NCBI RefSeq assembly: GCF_988242995.1
Contig: NZ_OZ547043.1
DNA: 64,000 bases
Reading direction: 5' to 3' (one strand)
Part shown: piece by piece, positions 11,483 through 22,532 of the stretch
How the letters are laid out: each line of letters begins with the position of its first letter
Position numbering within the stretch: the stretch's first letter is position 1
Position numbers and translations under genes: made by a program
Notes under the pieces: generated by a model
What the model saw: only the letters and a program-made list of their open reading frames with translations
The model's database searches: none
What the model was told of the DNA's origin: nothing

Positions 11483-13135
11483 TTACGCGCTCAACAGTTG
11501 CTTCATGTCTTCTTCAACAGTGGTGATAGAACGCAGGCCGAATTTCTCGTTCAGCACCGCCAGCAGGTCTGGTGTCAGGAAACCAGGTGCAGTCGGGCCG
11601 GTTACGATATTTTTCACACCCAGAGAAAGCAGTGTCAGCAGAATGACAATCGCTTTCTGTTCAAACCACGAGAGCACCAGCGACAGCGGCAGATCGTTGA
11701 CACCGCAGCCCAGTTTTTCTGCCAGCGTTACCGCCAGAATAATCGCTGAGTAAGCATCGTTACACTGACCAGCATCTACCAGACGCGGCAGACCTTCGAT
11801 ATCGCCAAACTCGAGTTTGTTAAAGCGATATTTACCACAGGCGAGAGTCAGGATCAGACAGTCATCCGGCACGCTGGTGGCGAAATCGGTGAAATAGTGA
11901 CGCTCGCCGCGTGCGCCGTCACAGCCGCCAAGCAGGAAGATATGACGCAGTTTTTCACGGCTTACCAGGTCAATCAGCGTATCCGCTGCGCCAAGCAGCG
12001 TTTGACGACCAAAGCCCACGGTGATCAGGTGCGGAATTTCGCTGTACGGGAAGCCCGCCATTTGTTGCGCCTGTGCGATGACCGCAGAGAAATCTTCGCC
12101 ATCCAGATGACGCACACCCGGCCAGCCAACGATGCTGCGGGTCCAGATACGATCGTCATAAGCGCCTACGGTTGGGTCGATGATGCAGTTCGAGGTCATC
12201 ACGATGGGGCCAGGGAAACGAGCGAACTCCACTTGCTGATTCTGCCAGCCGCTGCCGTAGTTACCGACCAGATGCTTGAATTTACGCAGCTCCGGGTAGC
12301 CATGCGCAGGCAGCATTTCGCCGTGGGTGTAGACATTAACGCCCGTGCCTTCGGTCTGTTCCAGCAGGTTGTAGAGATCTTTGAGATCGTGACCGGAAAT
12401 CAGAATGCATTTACCCGCCGTCGCTTTGACGTTGACCTGGGTTGGCGTCGGGTGACCGTATTTACCGGTTTCGCCTGCATCCAGAATGCTCATCACTTTG
12501 AAGTTCATCTGGCCGATTTCCATTGAACACTCAAGAAGCGCGTTCATATCGGCAGGCCAGGTCCCCAGCCACGCCATGATTTTATGGTACTGGGCATAAA
12601 TATCGTTGTCGTATTGACCGAGAACATGCGCGTGTTCCATATAGGCCGCCGCACCTTTCAGGCCATACAGGCACAGCAGACGCAGGCCGAGAATGTTTTC
12701 GCCAATCGCCGCTTTATCTTTGTTAGGGGTAAATTCTGCTGCCTGACGTTGCAGCTCGCCGAGATCATCGCTCACCAGTTGCAGGTCAGCCATCGGGTTA
12801 TCGACGCGCGCGTTGGCATCTACAGCCAGGCATTGTGCTTTCAGCACCTCGCGCAGGGCAATCGCTTCACGAGCGTAGCCGACTATACGCGGAGAATCGA
12901 AGTTAACGTTGGTCAGGGTTGAGAAAAATGCGCGTGGCGCAAAGCTGTCTACATCGTGGTTGATGATGCCGTATTCACGCGCTTTTACCGCCCAGGCCGA
13001 AAGCCCTTGCAGCGCCGCGATGAGTAAATCCTGAAGGTCAGAGGTTTCCGCCGTTTTACCACACATCCCCTGCGCGTATGAGCAGCCGTTTCCTGCCGGA
13101 GTACGGATAGTTTGTTCACATTGCACACAAAACAT
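11483..13135 (-). CDS. hcp: Hybrid-cluster protein Hcp (hydroxylamine/NO reductase)
   Basis: ORF 11483..13141 (-); N-terminal MFCVQCEQT with cysteine-rich cluster motif; 550 aa from the second Met. Confidence 0.9.
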   Translation of the reverse strand: MFCVQCEQTIRTPAGNGCSYAQGMCGKTAETSDLQDLLIAALQGLSAWAVKAREYGIINHDVDSFAPRAFFSTLTNVNFDSPRIVGYAREAIALREVLKAQCLAVDANARVDNPMADLQLVSDDLGELQRQAAEFTPNKDKAAIGENILGLRLLCLYGLKGAAAYMEHAHVLGQYDNDIYAQYHKIMAWLGTWPADMNALLECSMEIGQMNFKVMSILDAGETGKYGHPTPTQVNVKATAGKCILISGHDLKDLYNLLEQTEGTGVNVYTHGEMLPAHGYPELRKFKHLVGNYGSGWQNQQVEFARFPGPIVMTSNCIIDPTVGAYDDRIWTRSIVGWPGVRHLDGEDFSAVIAQAQQMAGFPYSEIPHLITVGFGRQTLLGAADTLIDLVSREKLRHIFLLGGCDGARGERHYFTDFATSVPDDCLILTLACGKYRFNKLEFGDIEGLPRLVDAGQCNDAYSAIILAVTLAEKLGCGVNDLPLSLVLSWFEQKAIVILLTLLSLGVKNIVTGPTAPGFLTPDLLAVLNEKFGLRSITTVEEDMKQLLSA

Positions 13136-13278
13136 GATCACACCTTTTAAAGTTATATTTAATATACATGTTTAAGGTTAAGACGCTTAACGCAGGGATA
13201 AAAGGGATTTTTCATGCAACTTTAAGGGAGATTGATTTAGCGCAATTTTGGCGGCAGGGATCTACCGCCAGAGAGGTA

Positions 13279-14178
13279 TTACGCAGAGAAAAAGGCGATG
13301 AGGATCGGCACTAACAGGCTAAGAATAAAACCGTGAACAATTGCCGCCGGGACCATATCCAGCCCGCCAGTACGTTGAAGAACGGGCAGGGTGAAATCCA
13401 TTGATGTGGCACCGCATAAGCCCAGTGCAGTCGAGCGGCTGCGGCGAATCAGCCCAGGGATCAACATAATAGCAATCAGCTCACGGGCCAGATCATTAAA
13501 AAACGCCGCGCTCCCGATTACCGGACCAAAAGATTCGGTCAATAAAATACCGGAAAGAGAATACCAGCCGAAACCGGAGGCCATTGCCAGCGCGGTATTG
13601 ATGGGAAGATCAAGAATAAAGGCGTTAATTAAACCACCAATTAATGAACTGGCAACCACCACCACGGCGACAATCATTCCCCGGCGATTAAGGACAATCT
13701 GCTTTAAGGTCATGCCATTATTGCGCAACTGAATACCGACGAGGAAAAGTAGCAGAATTAAGGTGTATTCACTGGCTTCGGTCGCGTGTTGTAAGAAAGC
13801 CAGTCCACTCAGACCAATGGCAAAACCAATCACTACTACGCCGCACAGTTTTAGCGACTCCAGCGCCATCGCAATACGCGACGGGAGTTTTTCTTGCTGG
13901 TGGTGGTTGCGCCACGGCAGACCGCGCTCCAGCCACAACAACGCAATAATATTGCAGAGTAAAATAATGGTAATGCTGACGGCGGAATAATGCAGAATCG
14001 CCAACAGGTTACTGGCGAGGTTATCGAGAAACGCCAGACTGATACCCATAAAAAAGAGAATGAGGTAAACCATCCAGCTTAATAGCTGATTAATAACTCT
14101 TAATGCAGCTTTTTGGCGAAGAGGAATGAGGTAACCCACAATCAGGGGAACCAGAATGATTAACAGCCCAGAAAACAT
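13279..14178 (-). CDS. lysO: Lysine exporter LysO (YbjE)
   Basis: ORF 13279..14226 (-) trimmed to MFSGLLIILVPL...; polytopic membrane protein, 299 aa. Confidence 0.85.
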   Translation of the reverse strand: MFSGLLIILVPLIVGYLIPLRQKAALRVINQLLSWMVYLILFFMGISLAFLDNLASNLLAILHYSAVSITIILLCNIIALLWLERGLPWRNHHQQEKLPSRIAMALESLKLCGVVVIGFAIGLSGLAFLQHATEASEYTLILLLFLVGIQLRNNGMTLKQIVLNRRGMIVAVVVVASSLIGGLINAFILDLPINTALAMASGFGWYSLSGILLTESFGPVIGSAAFFNDLARELIAIMLIPGLIRRSRSTALGLCGATSMDFTLPVLQRTGGLDMVPAAIVHGFILSLLVPILIAFFSA

Positions 14179-14582
14179 GAAAACCCAGTCCTTGCAAAGA
14201 TGAAGTCGAAATGCGCGATGACACACTACTGAAAGCGGAAGGACGAGTAAAGTTGCAATTAAAAGGAAATGTTATGCATAAGGATCGGTAGGGTATTCAT
14301 TTTCATTTAAAGATATTCTTGCGCTTTAATTACAAACCGCACCGGTGTTGGTGGCGTCAAAATCGCCGAGGCGTTCCCTGAAGGCCGGGGCAGCCCACAT
14401 GGATGTGGGCTGAGGGCGCGTTTTACAGGGATGTTACCTCGCGCCCGACCCGGTAGCCGCAAGGGATAAGTCGAGGGCACCGCGCAGCGGCGATTGGCCG
14501 CCCCCTGCGCGCTCCCTGCGCCAGTGACTATATGTGGCTTAACACATCAAGGAGCGCAACAGGAAGATGAATCAATATATTT

Positions 14583-14609
14583 AAAAAAGGCCTGACATTG
14601 CGCCAGGCC
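14583..14609 (-). terminator. Intrinsic terminator downstream of aqpZ
   Basis: Inverted repeat GGCCTG...CAGGCC followed on the minus strand by a U-tract (plus-strand AAAAAA at 14583-14588). Confidence 0.6.
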
Positions 14610-14620
14610 TTCTGCGTTAA

Positions 14621-15316
14621 TTAATTACGTTTTTCCAGCAGGGTCCGGTAAATCAGACCACCGATAATACCGCCGACAATTGGCACCACCCAGAAGAACC
14701 ACAGTTGTTCTAATGCCCAGCCGCCCTGGAAGATAGCAACCGCGGTGCTGCGCGCCGGGTTAACAGAAGTGTTAGTCACCGGAATACTGATTAAGTGAAT
14801 CAGGGTTAAGGCCAGACCAATAGCGATCGGCGCAAAACCAGCAGGAGCGAATTTGTCGGTTGCGCCGTGGATCACCAGCAGGAAACCTGCACTCAATACC
14901 AGTTCAACTACCAGCGCGGAAAGCATGGAATAACCGCCTGGCGAATGCTCGCCATAACCGTTAGAAGCAAAACCGCTGGCTGCCGCGTCAAAACCCGTTT
15001 TACCACTGGCAATTAAATACAGCAGCGCCGCCGCAACAATACCGCCGACAACCTGGGCAATTACGTAGCCAACGACTTCTTTTGCCGGGAAACGTCCGCC
15101 AGCCCATAAACCAATAGTGACCGCCGGGTTAAAATGACCACCAGAAATATGACCAACAGCAAAGGCCATCGTCAGAACGGTCAGACCGAATGCCAGCGCC
15201 ACGCCGGCAAAACCAATGCCTAATTCCGGGAAGCCTGCGGCCAGTACGGCACTACCACAGCCACCAAAAACAAGCCAGAAAGTACCAAAACATTCAGCTG
15301 CTAATTTTCTGAACAT
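14621..15316 (-). CDS. aqpZ: Aquaporin Z
   Basis: ORF 14621..15322 (-); [16 protein letters not shown]...; two NPA motifs ([14 protein letters not shown]). Confidence 0.9.
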   Translation of the reverse strand: MFRKLAAECFGTFWLVFGGCGSAVLAAGFPELGIGFAGVALAFGLTVLTMAFAVGHISGGHFNPAVTIGLWAGGRFPAKEVVGYVIAQVVGGIVAAALLYLIASGKTGFDAAASGFASNGYGEHSPGGYSMLSALVVELVLSAGFLLVIHGATDKFAPAGFAPIAIGLALTLIHLISIPVTNTSVNPARSTAVAIFQGGWALEQLWFFWVVPIVGGIIGGLIYRTLLEKRN

Positions 15317-15741
15317 ATCCACCTCAATTAAAAATTGACCCTGTGAAAAATATGGTCGTTTTATAGGGTCGTCGTAAAAAAGTGACGACGGAAATAATGC
15401 GCGGCTATTTTAAAAACGAAGGCAAATCATTCGCCAGATAAATAAATCCAGTAAATTTGATTTAGGGCAACAGCGGGTTGCCCCATATAGTCATTTGTCT
15501 GATTGACAGTGTAGTGCAAGCGAAAGATTTAATCCTTTAGGCGTAATAAAAAATAATTTATCATGCTAATTATTTGATTTTGTTGTTTTTGCAGGCTTAT
15601 CAGCAAGAGGGAGTATAACGCGATTATTCGCTCATTTTTCAGACATTTGCCATGCTTAAATGTGATGTCATCACGTATTAGCAAGGCCTTTCCCGTTATA
15701 CTGCCAGCGTAAAGGATAAGTCACATATTTCTGGAGGGGAT

Positions 15742-17400
15742 ATGATTCTTGAGCGCGTTGAAATTGTGGGTTTTCGCGGTATCAACCGTTTGTCGTTGAT
15801 GCTGGAACAAAACAACGTCCTGATTGGGGAGAACGCGTGGGGTAAATCCAGCTTGCTGGACGCCTTAACCTTGCTGCTATCGCCAGAATCAGATCTCTAC
15901 CATTTTGAGCGCGACGATTTCTGGTTCCCGCCGGGAGATATCAACGGTCGGGAACATCATCTGCATATTATTTTGACCTTCCGCGAATCGCTGCCAGGCC
16001 GACATCGGGTTCGCCGTTATCGGCCGTTGGAAGCGTGCTGGACGCCATGCACTGATGGCTATCACCGTATTTTTTATCGTCTGGAAGGGGAGAGTGCGGA
16101 AGACGGCAGCGTGATGACACTGCGCAGTTTTCTCGATAAAGACGGACATCCGATTGATGTTGAGGATATTAACGATCAGGCACGCCATCTGGTGCGTTTA
16201 ATGCCGGTGCTGCGCTTGCGTGATGCCCGTTTTATGCGCCGTATTCGTAACGGCACGGTGCCAAATGTCCCCAATGTGGAAGTCACCGCGCGCCAGCTCG
16301 ATTTCCTCGCCCGTGAGTTGTCCTCACATCCGCAAAATCTCTCTGATGGACAGATTCGTCAGGGACTTTCCGCAATGGTACAGCTGCTTGAGCATTATTT
16401 CTCTGAGCAGGGGGCCGGACAGGCGCGATATCGTTTAATGCGGCGGCGAGCCAGCAATGAGCAACGAAGCTGGCGCTATCTGGATATCATCAACCGGATG
16501 ATTGACCGACCAGGAGGGCGCTCGTATCGGGTTATTTTGCTCGGCCTGTTTGCTACTTTGTTGCAGGCAAAAGGCACATTGCGACTGGATAAAGACGCCC
16601 GTCCATTGTTGCTGATCGAAGATCCAGAAACCCGTTTACACCCCATTATGCTTTCAGTTGCCTGGCATCTGTTGAATCTTCTGCCATTGCAGCGCATTGC
16701 CACCACCAACTCTGGCGAGCTGCTTTCGTTAACGCCGGTAGAACATGTTTGCCGACTGGTACGTGAGTCCTCGCGCGTTGCCGCCTGGCGTCTGGGGCCG
16801 AGTGGTTTGAGTACCGAAGACAGCCGACGCATCTCTTTCCACATTCGTTTTAATCGTCCGTCATCGCTGTTTGCACGCTGCTGGCTGCTGGTGGAAGGCG
16901 AAACGGAAACCTGGGTTATCAATGAACTGGCGCGTCAGTGCGGACATCATTTTGATGCCGAAGGGATCAAGGTCATTGAGTTTGCCCAGTCCGGGCTAAA
17001 GCCACTGGTTAAATTTGCCCGGCGAATGGGGATTGAATGGCATGTACTGGTCGATGGCGATGAGGCAGGGAAGAAATATGCCGCTACGGTACGCAGCCTG
17101 TTGAATAACGATCGGGAAGCCGAACGAGAACATTTAACGGCGTTACCGGCGCTGGATATGGAACATTTTATGTATCGCCAGGGATTTTCCGATGTGTTCC
17201 ACCGCGTGGCGCAAATCCCGGAAAATGTACCGATGAATCTGCGCAAAATTATCTCGAAAGCGATCCATCGCTCTTCCAAACCCGATCTTGCCATTGAAGT
17301 GGCAATGGAGGCAGGACGTCGTGGTGTGGATTCCGTACCGACGCTGCTGAAAAAAATGTTCTCACGCGTGCTGTGGCTGGCGCGCGGTCGCGCGGATTAA
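15742..17400 (+). CDS. ybjD: OLD-family ATP-dependent endonuclease-like protein YbjD (AAA ATPase + Toprim)
   Basis: 552-aa ORF MILERVEIVGFRGINRL...; Walker A GENAWGKSSLLDAL; stop overlaps convergent ybjX stop by 4 nt. Confidence 0.9.
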   Translation: MILERVEIVGFRGINRLSLMLEQNNVLIGENAWGKSSLLDALTLLLSPESDLYHFERDDFWFPPGDINGREHHLHIILTFRESLPGRHRVRRYRPLEACWTPCTDGYHRIFYRLEGESAEDGSVMTLRSFLDKDGHPIDVEDINDQARHLVRLMPVLRLRDARFMRRIRNGTVPNVPNVEVTARQLDFLARELSSHPQNLSDGQIRQGLSAMVQLLEHYFSEQGAGQARYRLMRRRASNEQRSWRYLDIINRMIDRPGGRSYRVILLGLFATLLQAKGTLRLDKDARPLLLIEDPETRLHPIMLSVAWHLLNLLPLQRIATTNSGELLSLTPVEHVCRLVRESSRVAAWRLGPSGLSTEDSRRISFHIRFNRPSSLFARCWLLVEGETETWVINELARQCGHHFDAEGIKVIEFAQSGLKPLVKFARRMGIEWHVLVDGDEAGKKYAATVRSLLNNDREAEREHLTALPALDMEHFMYRQGFSDVFHRVAQIPENVPMNLRKIISKAIHRSSKPDLAIEVAMEAGRRGVDSVPTLLKKMFSRVLWLARGRAD

Positions 17401-18389
17401 CCGCGAAACATCGTGGCCATTTGTGGCTGAATAGCGTCGAGCATCTCATAGCGCCGACGGTATTCAGCCCGTTTTTTACTGGCGATTTCGGCAATCTCTT
17501 TTCGTGCTATCTGTGCCGGAAGGCGGTAATGGCGTTCAGCATCACATACGCCGCCTACCGACTCCCAGAACGCGTTGTAATCAGCATGGATCTTGCCTTC
17601 TTTATCGCGATAACGCAGGCTGCGGTAAATATGTGTTTCATTGCTGACGGCAATGATCTGCTCTACCTGCAAACGTTGGGCAAACAGACAGGCCGCTTCC
17701 ATCACAAGGCGTTTGGGAAATAGCCCGTGGCAGGCTTTCGTCGCATTCTGGATTTCCTGATGTGGAATTTCCCATTTTGCGCCTTGCAGTCCGCCAATAA
17801 ACATTGTTCTTTCCCCCTGATATTCACACAGGGTAAACGTGATCTCTGCCAGAGGAATACCTTCGCTGTTGCGGAACAGGATTGTGCTGTCACCTTCTTT
17901 ATCCATTGAGATCATCATGGTCAGCTCAAGTGTGAACTGCTCGCCGTTTTTGCCTTCCAGCTTCGCCAGTTGCAGCCCGGGGGTATTCAAATATAAGCTG
18001 AATTCTTCCGCCGACATACATCCGCGGAGTAACGCATAATGGTAACGTAACGCCTCCAGCAATTGCTTACGGCTAAGATTCGCCGCAAGGTAAGGGCGAT
18101 GCAGACGCACAGGCAGTCGCGGCTGGCGCGTTAACAACACATTGAGATTAGGCCAGTGGGAAAGTTCGTTCATCCACTCAACGCTTAAACGCGGCATAAT
18201 CAACGAGCGCAGCAAAAATTTCTGGCGAAAACTACGGCGATGCCAGAATTTACCCGGCCGACACTGTCCACGTGCCAGACTAAGAAAAAGTGACAGGCTG
18301 CTGAGAGATTCAGATGGCGTAAAGGTCCGTTCAGTTAGCTGCGACATATTCATGAAATCAATGGTTATACATGACGTCGATTTCACCAT
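17397..18389 (-). CDS. ybjX: VirK/DUF535-family protein YbjX
   Basis: 330-aa ORF on minus strand, convergent with ybjD. Confidence 0.85.
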   Translation of the reverse strand: MVKSTSCITIDFMNMSQLTERTFTPSESLSSLSLFLSLARGQCRPGKFWHRRSFRQKFLLRSLIMPRLSVEWMNELSHWPNLNVLLTRQPRLPVRLHRPYLAANLSRKQLLEALRYHYALLRGCMSAEEFSLYLNTPGLQLAKLEGKNGEQFTLELTMMISMDKEGDSTILFRNSEGIPLAEITFTLCEYQGERTMFIGGLQGAKWEIPHQEIQNATKACHGLFPKRLVMEAACLFAQRLQVEQIIAVSNETHIYRSLRYRDKEGKIHADYNAFWESVGGVCDAERHYRLPAQIARKEIAEIASKKRAEYRRRYEMLDAIQPQMATMFRG

Positions 18390-18503
18390 TGCGTATCTTA
18401 ACCAAACATCAATAGTGTGATTACTAACGTAAATTTTAGGGTTTTGTTGATATTTCGTTGAAGTTAATGACCCGGATTGGCATATGGAGTATTCAGAATA
18501 TTT

Positions 18504-19619
18504 ATGAAAAAGCGGAAAACCGTGAAGAAGCGTTACGTTATTGCGCTGGTGATAGTCATTGCCGGGCTGATTACGTTATGGAGAATTCTTAACGCACCCG
18601 TGCCGACTTATCAGACGCTGATTGTGCGCCCCGGTGATTTACAGCAAAGCGTGCTGGCGACCGGAAAGCTGGACGCGCTGCGTAAGGTTGATGTGGGCGC
18701 GCAGGTCAGCGGTCAGTTGAAAACGCTGTCGGTGGCGATTGGCGATAAAGTAAAAAAAGACCAGCTTTTAGGGGTTATTGATCCTGAACAGGCTGAAAAC
18801 CAGATTAAGGAGGTGGAAGCAACGCTGATGGAGCTACGCGCGCAGCGGCAGCAGGCGGAAGCGGAGCTGAAACTGGCGCGGGTGACGTATTCCCGTCAGC
18901 AACGTCTTGCACAAACGCAAGCGGTTTCACAGCAGGATCTCGATACCGCCGCGACGGAGATGGCTGTGAAACAGGCGCAAATTGGCACCATTGACGCGCA
19001 AATCAAGCGCAATCAGGCCTCACTCGATACGGCTAAAACCAATCTCGATTACACCCGCATCGTTGCCCCGATGGCCGGGGAAGTCACGCAAATAACCACT
19101 CTGCAAGGCCAGACGGTGATTGCCGCACAACAAGCACCGAACATTCTGACGCTGGCAGATATGAGCACCATGCTGGTAAAAGCGCAGGTTTCTGAAGCGG
19201 ATGTAATCCACCTGAAGCCGGGGCAAAAAGCCTGGTTTACGGTGCTTGGCGATCCACTGACGCGCTACGAGGGGCAAATCAAGGATGTGCTACCGACGCC
19301 GGAAAAGGTTAACGACGCTATTTTCTATTACGCCCGTTTTGAAGTACCCAACCCCAATGGTTTGCTGCGGCTGGATATGACCGCGCAAGTGCATATTCAG
19401 CTCACCGATGTGAAAAATGTGCTGACGATCCCTCTGTCGGCGTTAGGCGATCCGGTTGGCGATAATCGTTATAAAGTCAAATTGTTGCGTAATGGTGAAA
19501 CACGCGAGCGTGAAGTGACGATTGGCGCACGTAACGATACCGATGTTGAGATTGTCAAAGGGCTGGAAGCGGGCGATGAAGTGGTGATTGGTGAGGCCAA
19601 ACCAGGAGCTGCACAATGA
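18504..19619 (+). CDS. macA: Macrolide export membrane fusion protein MacA
   Basis: ORF 18477..19619 trimmed to [21 protein letters not shown]...; 371 aa; 4-nt overlap with macB (ATGA). Confidence 0.9.
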   Translation: MKKRKTVKKRYVIALVIVIAGLITLWRILNAPVPTYQTLIVRPGDLQQSVLATGKLDALRKVDVGAQVSGQLKTLSVAIGDKVKKDQLLGVIDPEQAENQIKEVEATLMELRAQRQQAEAELKLARVTYSRQQRLAQTQAVSQQDLDTAATEMAVKQAQIGTIDAQIKRNQASLDTAKTNLDYTRIVAPMAGEVTQITTLQGQTVIAAQQAPNILTLADMSTMLVKAQVSEADVIHLKPGQKAWFTVLGDPLTRYEGQIKDVLPTPEKVNDAIFYYARFEVPNPNGLLRLDMTAQVHIQLTDVKNVLTIPLSALGDPVGDNRYKVKLLRNGETREREVTIGARNDTDVEIVKGLEAGDEVVIGEAKPGAAQ

Positions 19620-21562
19620 CGCCCTTGCTCGAATTAAAGGATATTCGTCGCAGCTATCCTGCCGGTGATGAGCAGGTTGAGGTGCTGAAGGGCATCACCC
19701 TCGATATTTATGCTGGTGAGATGGTGGCGATTGTCGGCGCTTCGGGTTCCGGTAAATCGACCCTGATGAATATTCTCGGCTGCCTGGATAAGGCCACCAG
19801 CGGCACCTATCGCGTAGCCGGTCAGGATGTTGCCACTCTGGACGCCGATGCGCTGGCGCAACTGCGCCGCGAGCATTTCGGCTTTATTTTCCAGCGTTAC
19901 CATTTGCTTTCGCATTTAACCGCCGAGCAGAACGTTGAAGTACCCGCCGTCTATGCCGGTCTTGAGCGGAAACAGCGGCTGCTTCGCGCCCAGGAGTTGC
20001 TGCAACGACTGGGGCTGGAAGACCGTACAGAGTATTATCCGGCACAGCTTTCGGGTGGTCAGCAACAGCGCGTCAGCATCGCGCGGGCATTGATGAACGG
20101 CGGTCAGGTAATTCTTGCCGATGAACCGACCGGCGCACTGGACAGCCATTCTGGCGAAGAGGTGATGGCGATCCTGCATCAGCTGCGCGATCGCGGGCAT
20201 ACGGTGATTATCGTTACCCACGATCCGCAGGTCGCTGCTCAGGCCGAGCGGGTGATCGAAATTCGCGACGGCGAAATTGTGCGCAATCCTCCCGCCGTTG
20301 AAAAAGTGAATGTTGCTGGCGGGACGGAACCTGTTGTCAACACGGCCTCTGGCTGGCGGCAATTTGTCAGCGGTTTTAACGAAGCGCTGACGATGGCATG
20401 GAGGGCGCTGGCAGCGAATAAAATGCGTACTTTACTGACCATGCTGGGGATTATTATCGGTATTGCGTCGGTGGTTTCAATTGTCGTGGTGGGCGACGCC
20501 GCCAAACAAATGGTGCTGGCGGATATTCGTTCTATTGGTACGAATACTATTGATGTCTATCCCGGGAAAGATTTTGGCGATGACGATCCGCAATATCAGC
20601 AGGCGCTGAAGTACGATGACTTAATCGCCATCCAAAAACAACCGTGGGTCGCCTCAGCCACACCTGCCGTCTCGCAAAACCTGCGCCTGCGTTATAACAA
20701 TGTTGATGTGGCTGCCAGTGCCAATGGCGTGAGCGGCGATTATTTTAATGTCTATGGCATGACCTTCAGTGAAGGGAACACCTTTAATCAGGAGCAGCTG
20801 AACGGTCGTGCGCAGGTGGTGGTTCTCGACAGTAATACTCGCCGCCAGCTTTTCCCCCATAAAGCAGATGTGGTTGGCGAGGTGATTCTGGTCGGCAATA
20901 TGCCCGCCAGAGTCATTGGTGTGGCGGAAGAAAAACAGTCGATGTTTGGTAGCAGTAAAGTGCTGCGTGTCTGGCTACCTTACAGCACGATGTCCGGGCG
21001 AGTTATGGGCCAGTCGTGGCTCAACTCCATAACTGTCAGGGTGAAAGAAGGATTTGACAGCGCCGAGGCGGAACAGCAACTCACGCGTTTACTTTCACTG
21101 CGCCACGGTAAGAAGGATTTCTTTACCTGGAACATGGACGGCGTCTTGAAAACCGTTGAAAAGACCACACGTACTTTACAACTGTTTCTGACGCTGGTGG
21201 CGGTGATTTCGCTGGTGGTGGGCGGTATTGGTGTAATGAATATTATGCTGGTGTCAGTGACCGAGCGGACGCGGGAAATTGGCATTCGCATGGCTGTAGG
21301 TGCGCGAGCAAGCGATGTTTTGCAACAGTTTCTGATCGAAGCCGTACTGGTTTGCCTGGTCGGTGGCGCGTTGGGAATAACACTGTCACTGTTAATTGCT
21401 TTCACCTTACAGCTTTTCTTACCCGGCTGGGAGATTGGTTTTTCACCGTTGGCGCTGCTGCTGGCGTTTCTCTGCTCGACGGTCACCGGGATTTTATTTG
21501 GCTGGTTACCCGCACGAAATGCGGCACGACTGGATCCAGTAGATGCTCTGGCACGAGAGTAA
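19616..21562 (+). CDS. macB: Macrolide ABC exporter ATPase/permease MacB
   Basis: 648-aa ORF; Walker [10 protein letters not shown], signature LSGGQQQR, C-terminal FtsX-like permease domain. Confidence 0.95.
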   Translation: MTPLLELKDIRRSYPAGDEQVEVLKGITLDIYAGEMVAIVGASGSGKSTLMNILGCLDKATSGTYRVAGQDVATLDADALAQLRREHFGFIFQRYHLLSHLTAEQNVEVPAVYAGLERKQRLLRAQELLQRLGLEDRTEYYPAQLSGGQQQRVSIARALMNGGQVILADEPTGALDSHSGEEVMAILHQLRDRGHTVIIVTHDPQVAAQAERVIEIRDGEIVRNPPAVEKVNVAGGTEPVVNTASGWRQFVSGFNEALTMAWRALAANKMRTLLTMLGIIIGIASVVSIVVVGDAAKQMVLADIRSIGTNTIDVYPGKDFGDDDPQYQQALKYDDLIAIQKQPWVASATPAVSQNLRLRYNNVDVAASANGVSGDYFNVYGMTFSEGNTFNQEQLNGRAQVVVLDSNTRRQLFPHKADVVGEVILVGNMPARVIGVAEEKQSMFGSSKVLRVWLPYSTMSGRVMGQSWLNSITVRVKEGFDSAEAEQQLTRLLSLRHGKKDFFTWNMDGVLKTVEKTTRTLQLFLTLVAVISLVVGGIGVMNIMLVSVTERTREIGIRMAVGARASDVLQQFLIEAVLVCLVGGALGITLSLLIAFTLQLFLPGWEIGFSPLALLLAFLCSTVTGILFGWLPARNAARLDPVDALARE

Positions 21563-21578
21563 TTTTTGAGATAAAAAT

Positions 21579-21604
21579 GCCAGCCGATCGGGCTGGCATT
21601 TTGC
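21579..21604. terminator. Bidirectional intrinsic terminator between macB and cspD
   Basis: Perfect palindrome GCCAGCCGATCGGGCTGGC flanked by A-tract upstream and T-tract downstream. Confidence 0.7.
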
Positions 21605-21634
21605 CTTTAGGATGTACACAATGAGACAGAAGAG

Positions 21635-21859
21635 CTATGCGACTGCCGCTTCTACTTCGACGGGCACAATAACACTGGCGTGATTGCCTTTTGGCCCCTG
21701 GTGGACATCAAACTGAACGGATTGTCCAGCTTTTAGCGTTCTGTAACCATCCATCTGAATGGTGGAATAATGAGCGAAAATATCTTCGCCGCCGCCTTCA
21801 GGGCAGATGAAACCAAACCCTTTGGCATTGTTGAACCACTTAACAGTACCCTTTTCCAT
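21635..21859 (-). CDS. cspD: Cold-shock-domain protein CspD
   Basis: ORF 21635..21889 (-) trimmed to MEKGTVKWFNNAKGFGFI (RNP1 motif), 74 aa. Confidence 0.9.
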   Translation of the reverse strand: MEKGTVKWFNNAKGFGFICPEGGGEDIFAHYSTIQMDGYRTLKAGQSVQFDVHQGPKGNHASVIVPVEVEAAVA

Positions 21860-22181
21860 GCTTCGACATCCTTCGCAAATCTTATACAAGTAAGATGGAA
21901 TAAACCGGGGTCAGAGAGGGGGCTGTTCAAAACCTCGCCAACTCTAGAAATACAATTTAGAGAATTAGGGCGAGCCGTCAAGCATTTGACAGGGGCCAGG
22001 GGGCAGGTATGAATCAAAAATTTGAAGCAGTTAACGCTATTGACAGGAATGTGACAGATGTCGCTGATGCCAACGATAGATGATAGTTATCTATCATGTG
22101 GAGTAGATTGGTCAGGCAAATAAGCTCTTGTCAGCGGCAGGGCGTTCTGCCGATAACCGTAACCGAAGATGATAACTGACA

Positions 22182-22502
22182 ATGGGTAAAACGAACGACT
22201 GGCTGGACTTTGATCAACTGGCGGAAGAAAAAGTTCGCGACGCGCTAAAACCGCCATCTATGTATAAAGTGATATTAGTCAATGATGATTACACTCCGAT
22301 GGAGTTTGTTATTGACGTGTTACAAAAATTCTTTTCTTATGATGTAGAACGTGCAACGCAATTGATGCTCGCTGTTCACTACCAGGGGAAGGCCATTTGC
22401 GGAGTCTTTACCGCCGAGGTTGCAGAAACCAAAGTGGCGATGGTGAACAAGTACGCGAGGGAGAATGAGCATCCATTGCTGTGTACGCTAGAAAAAGCCT
22501 GA
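22182..22502 (+). CDS. clpS: ClpA adaptor ClpS
   Basis: 106-aa [46 protein letters not shown]... Confidence 0.95.
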
Positions 22503-22532
22503 ATGCAGGCATAAAAATTGGGGGAGGTGCCT

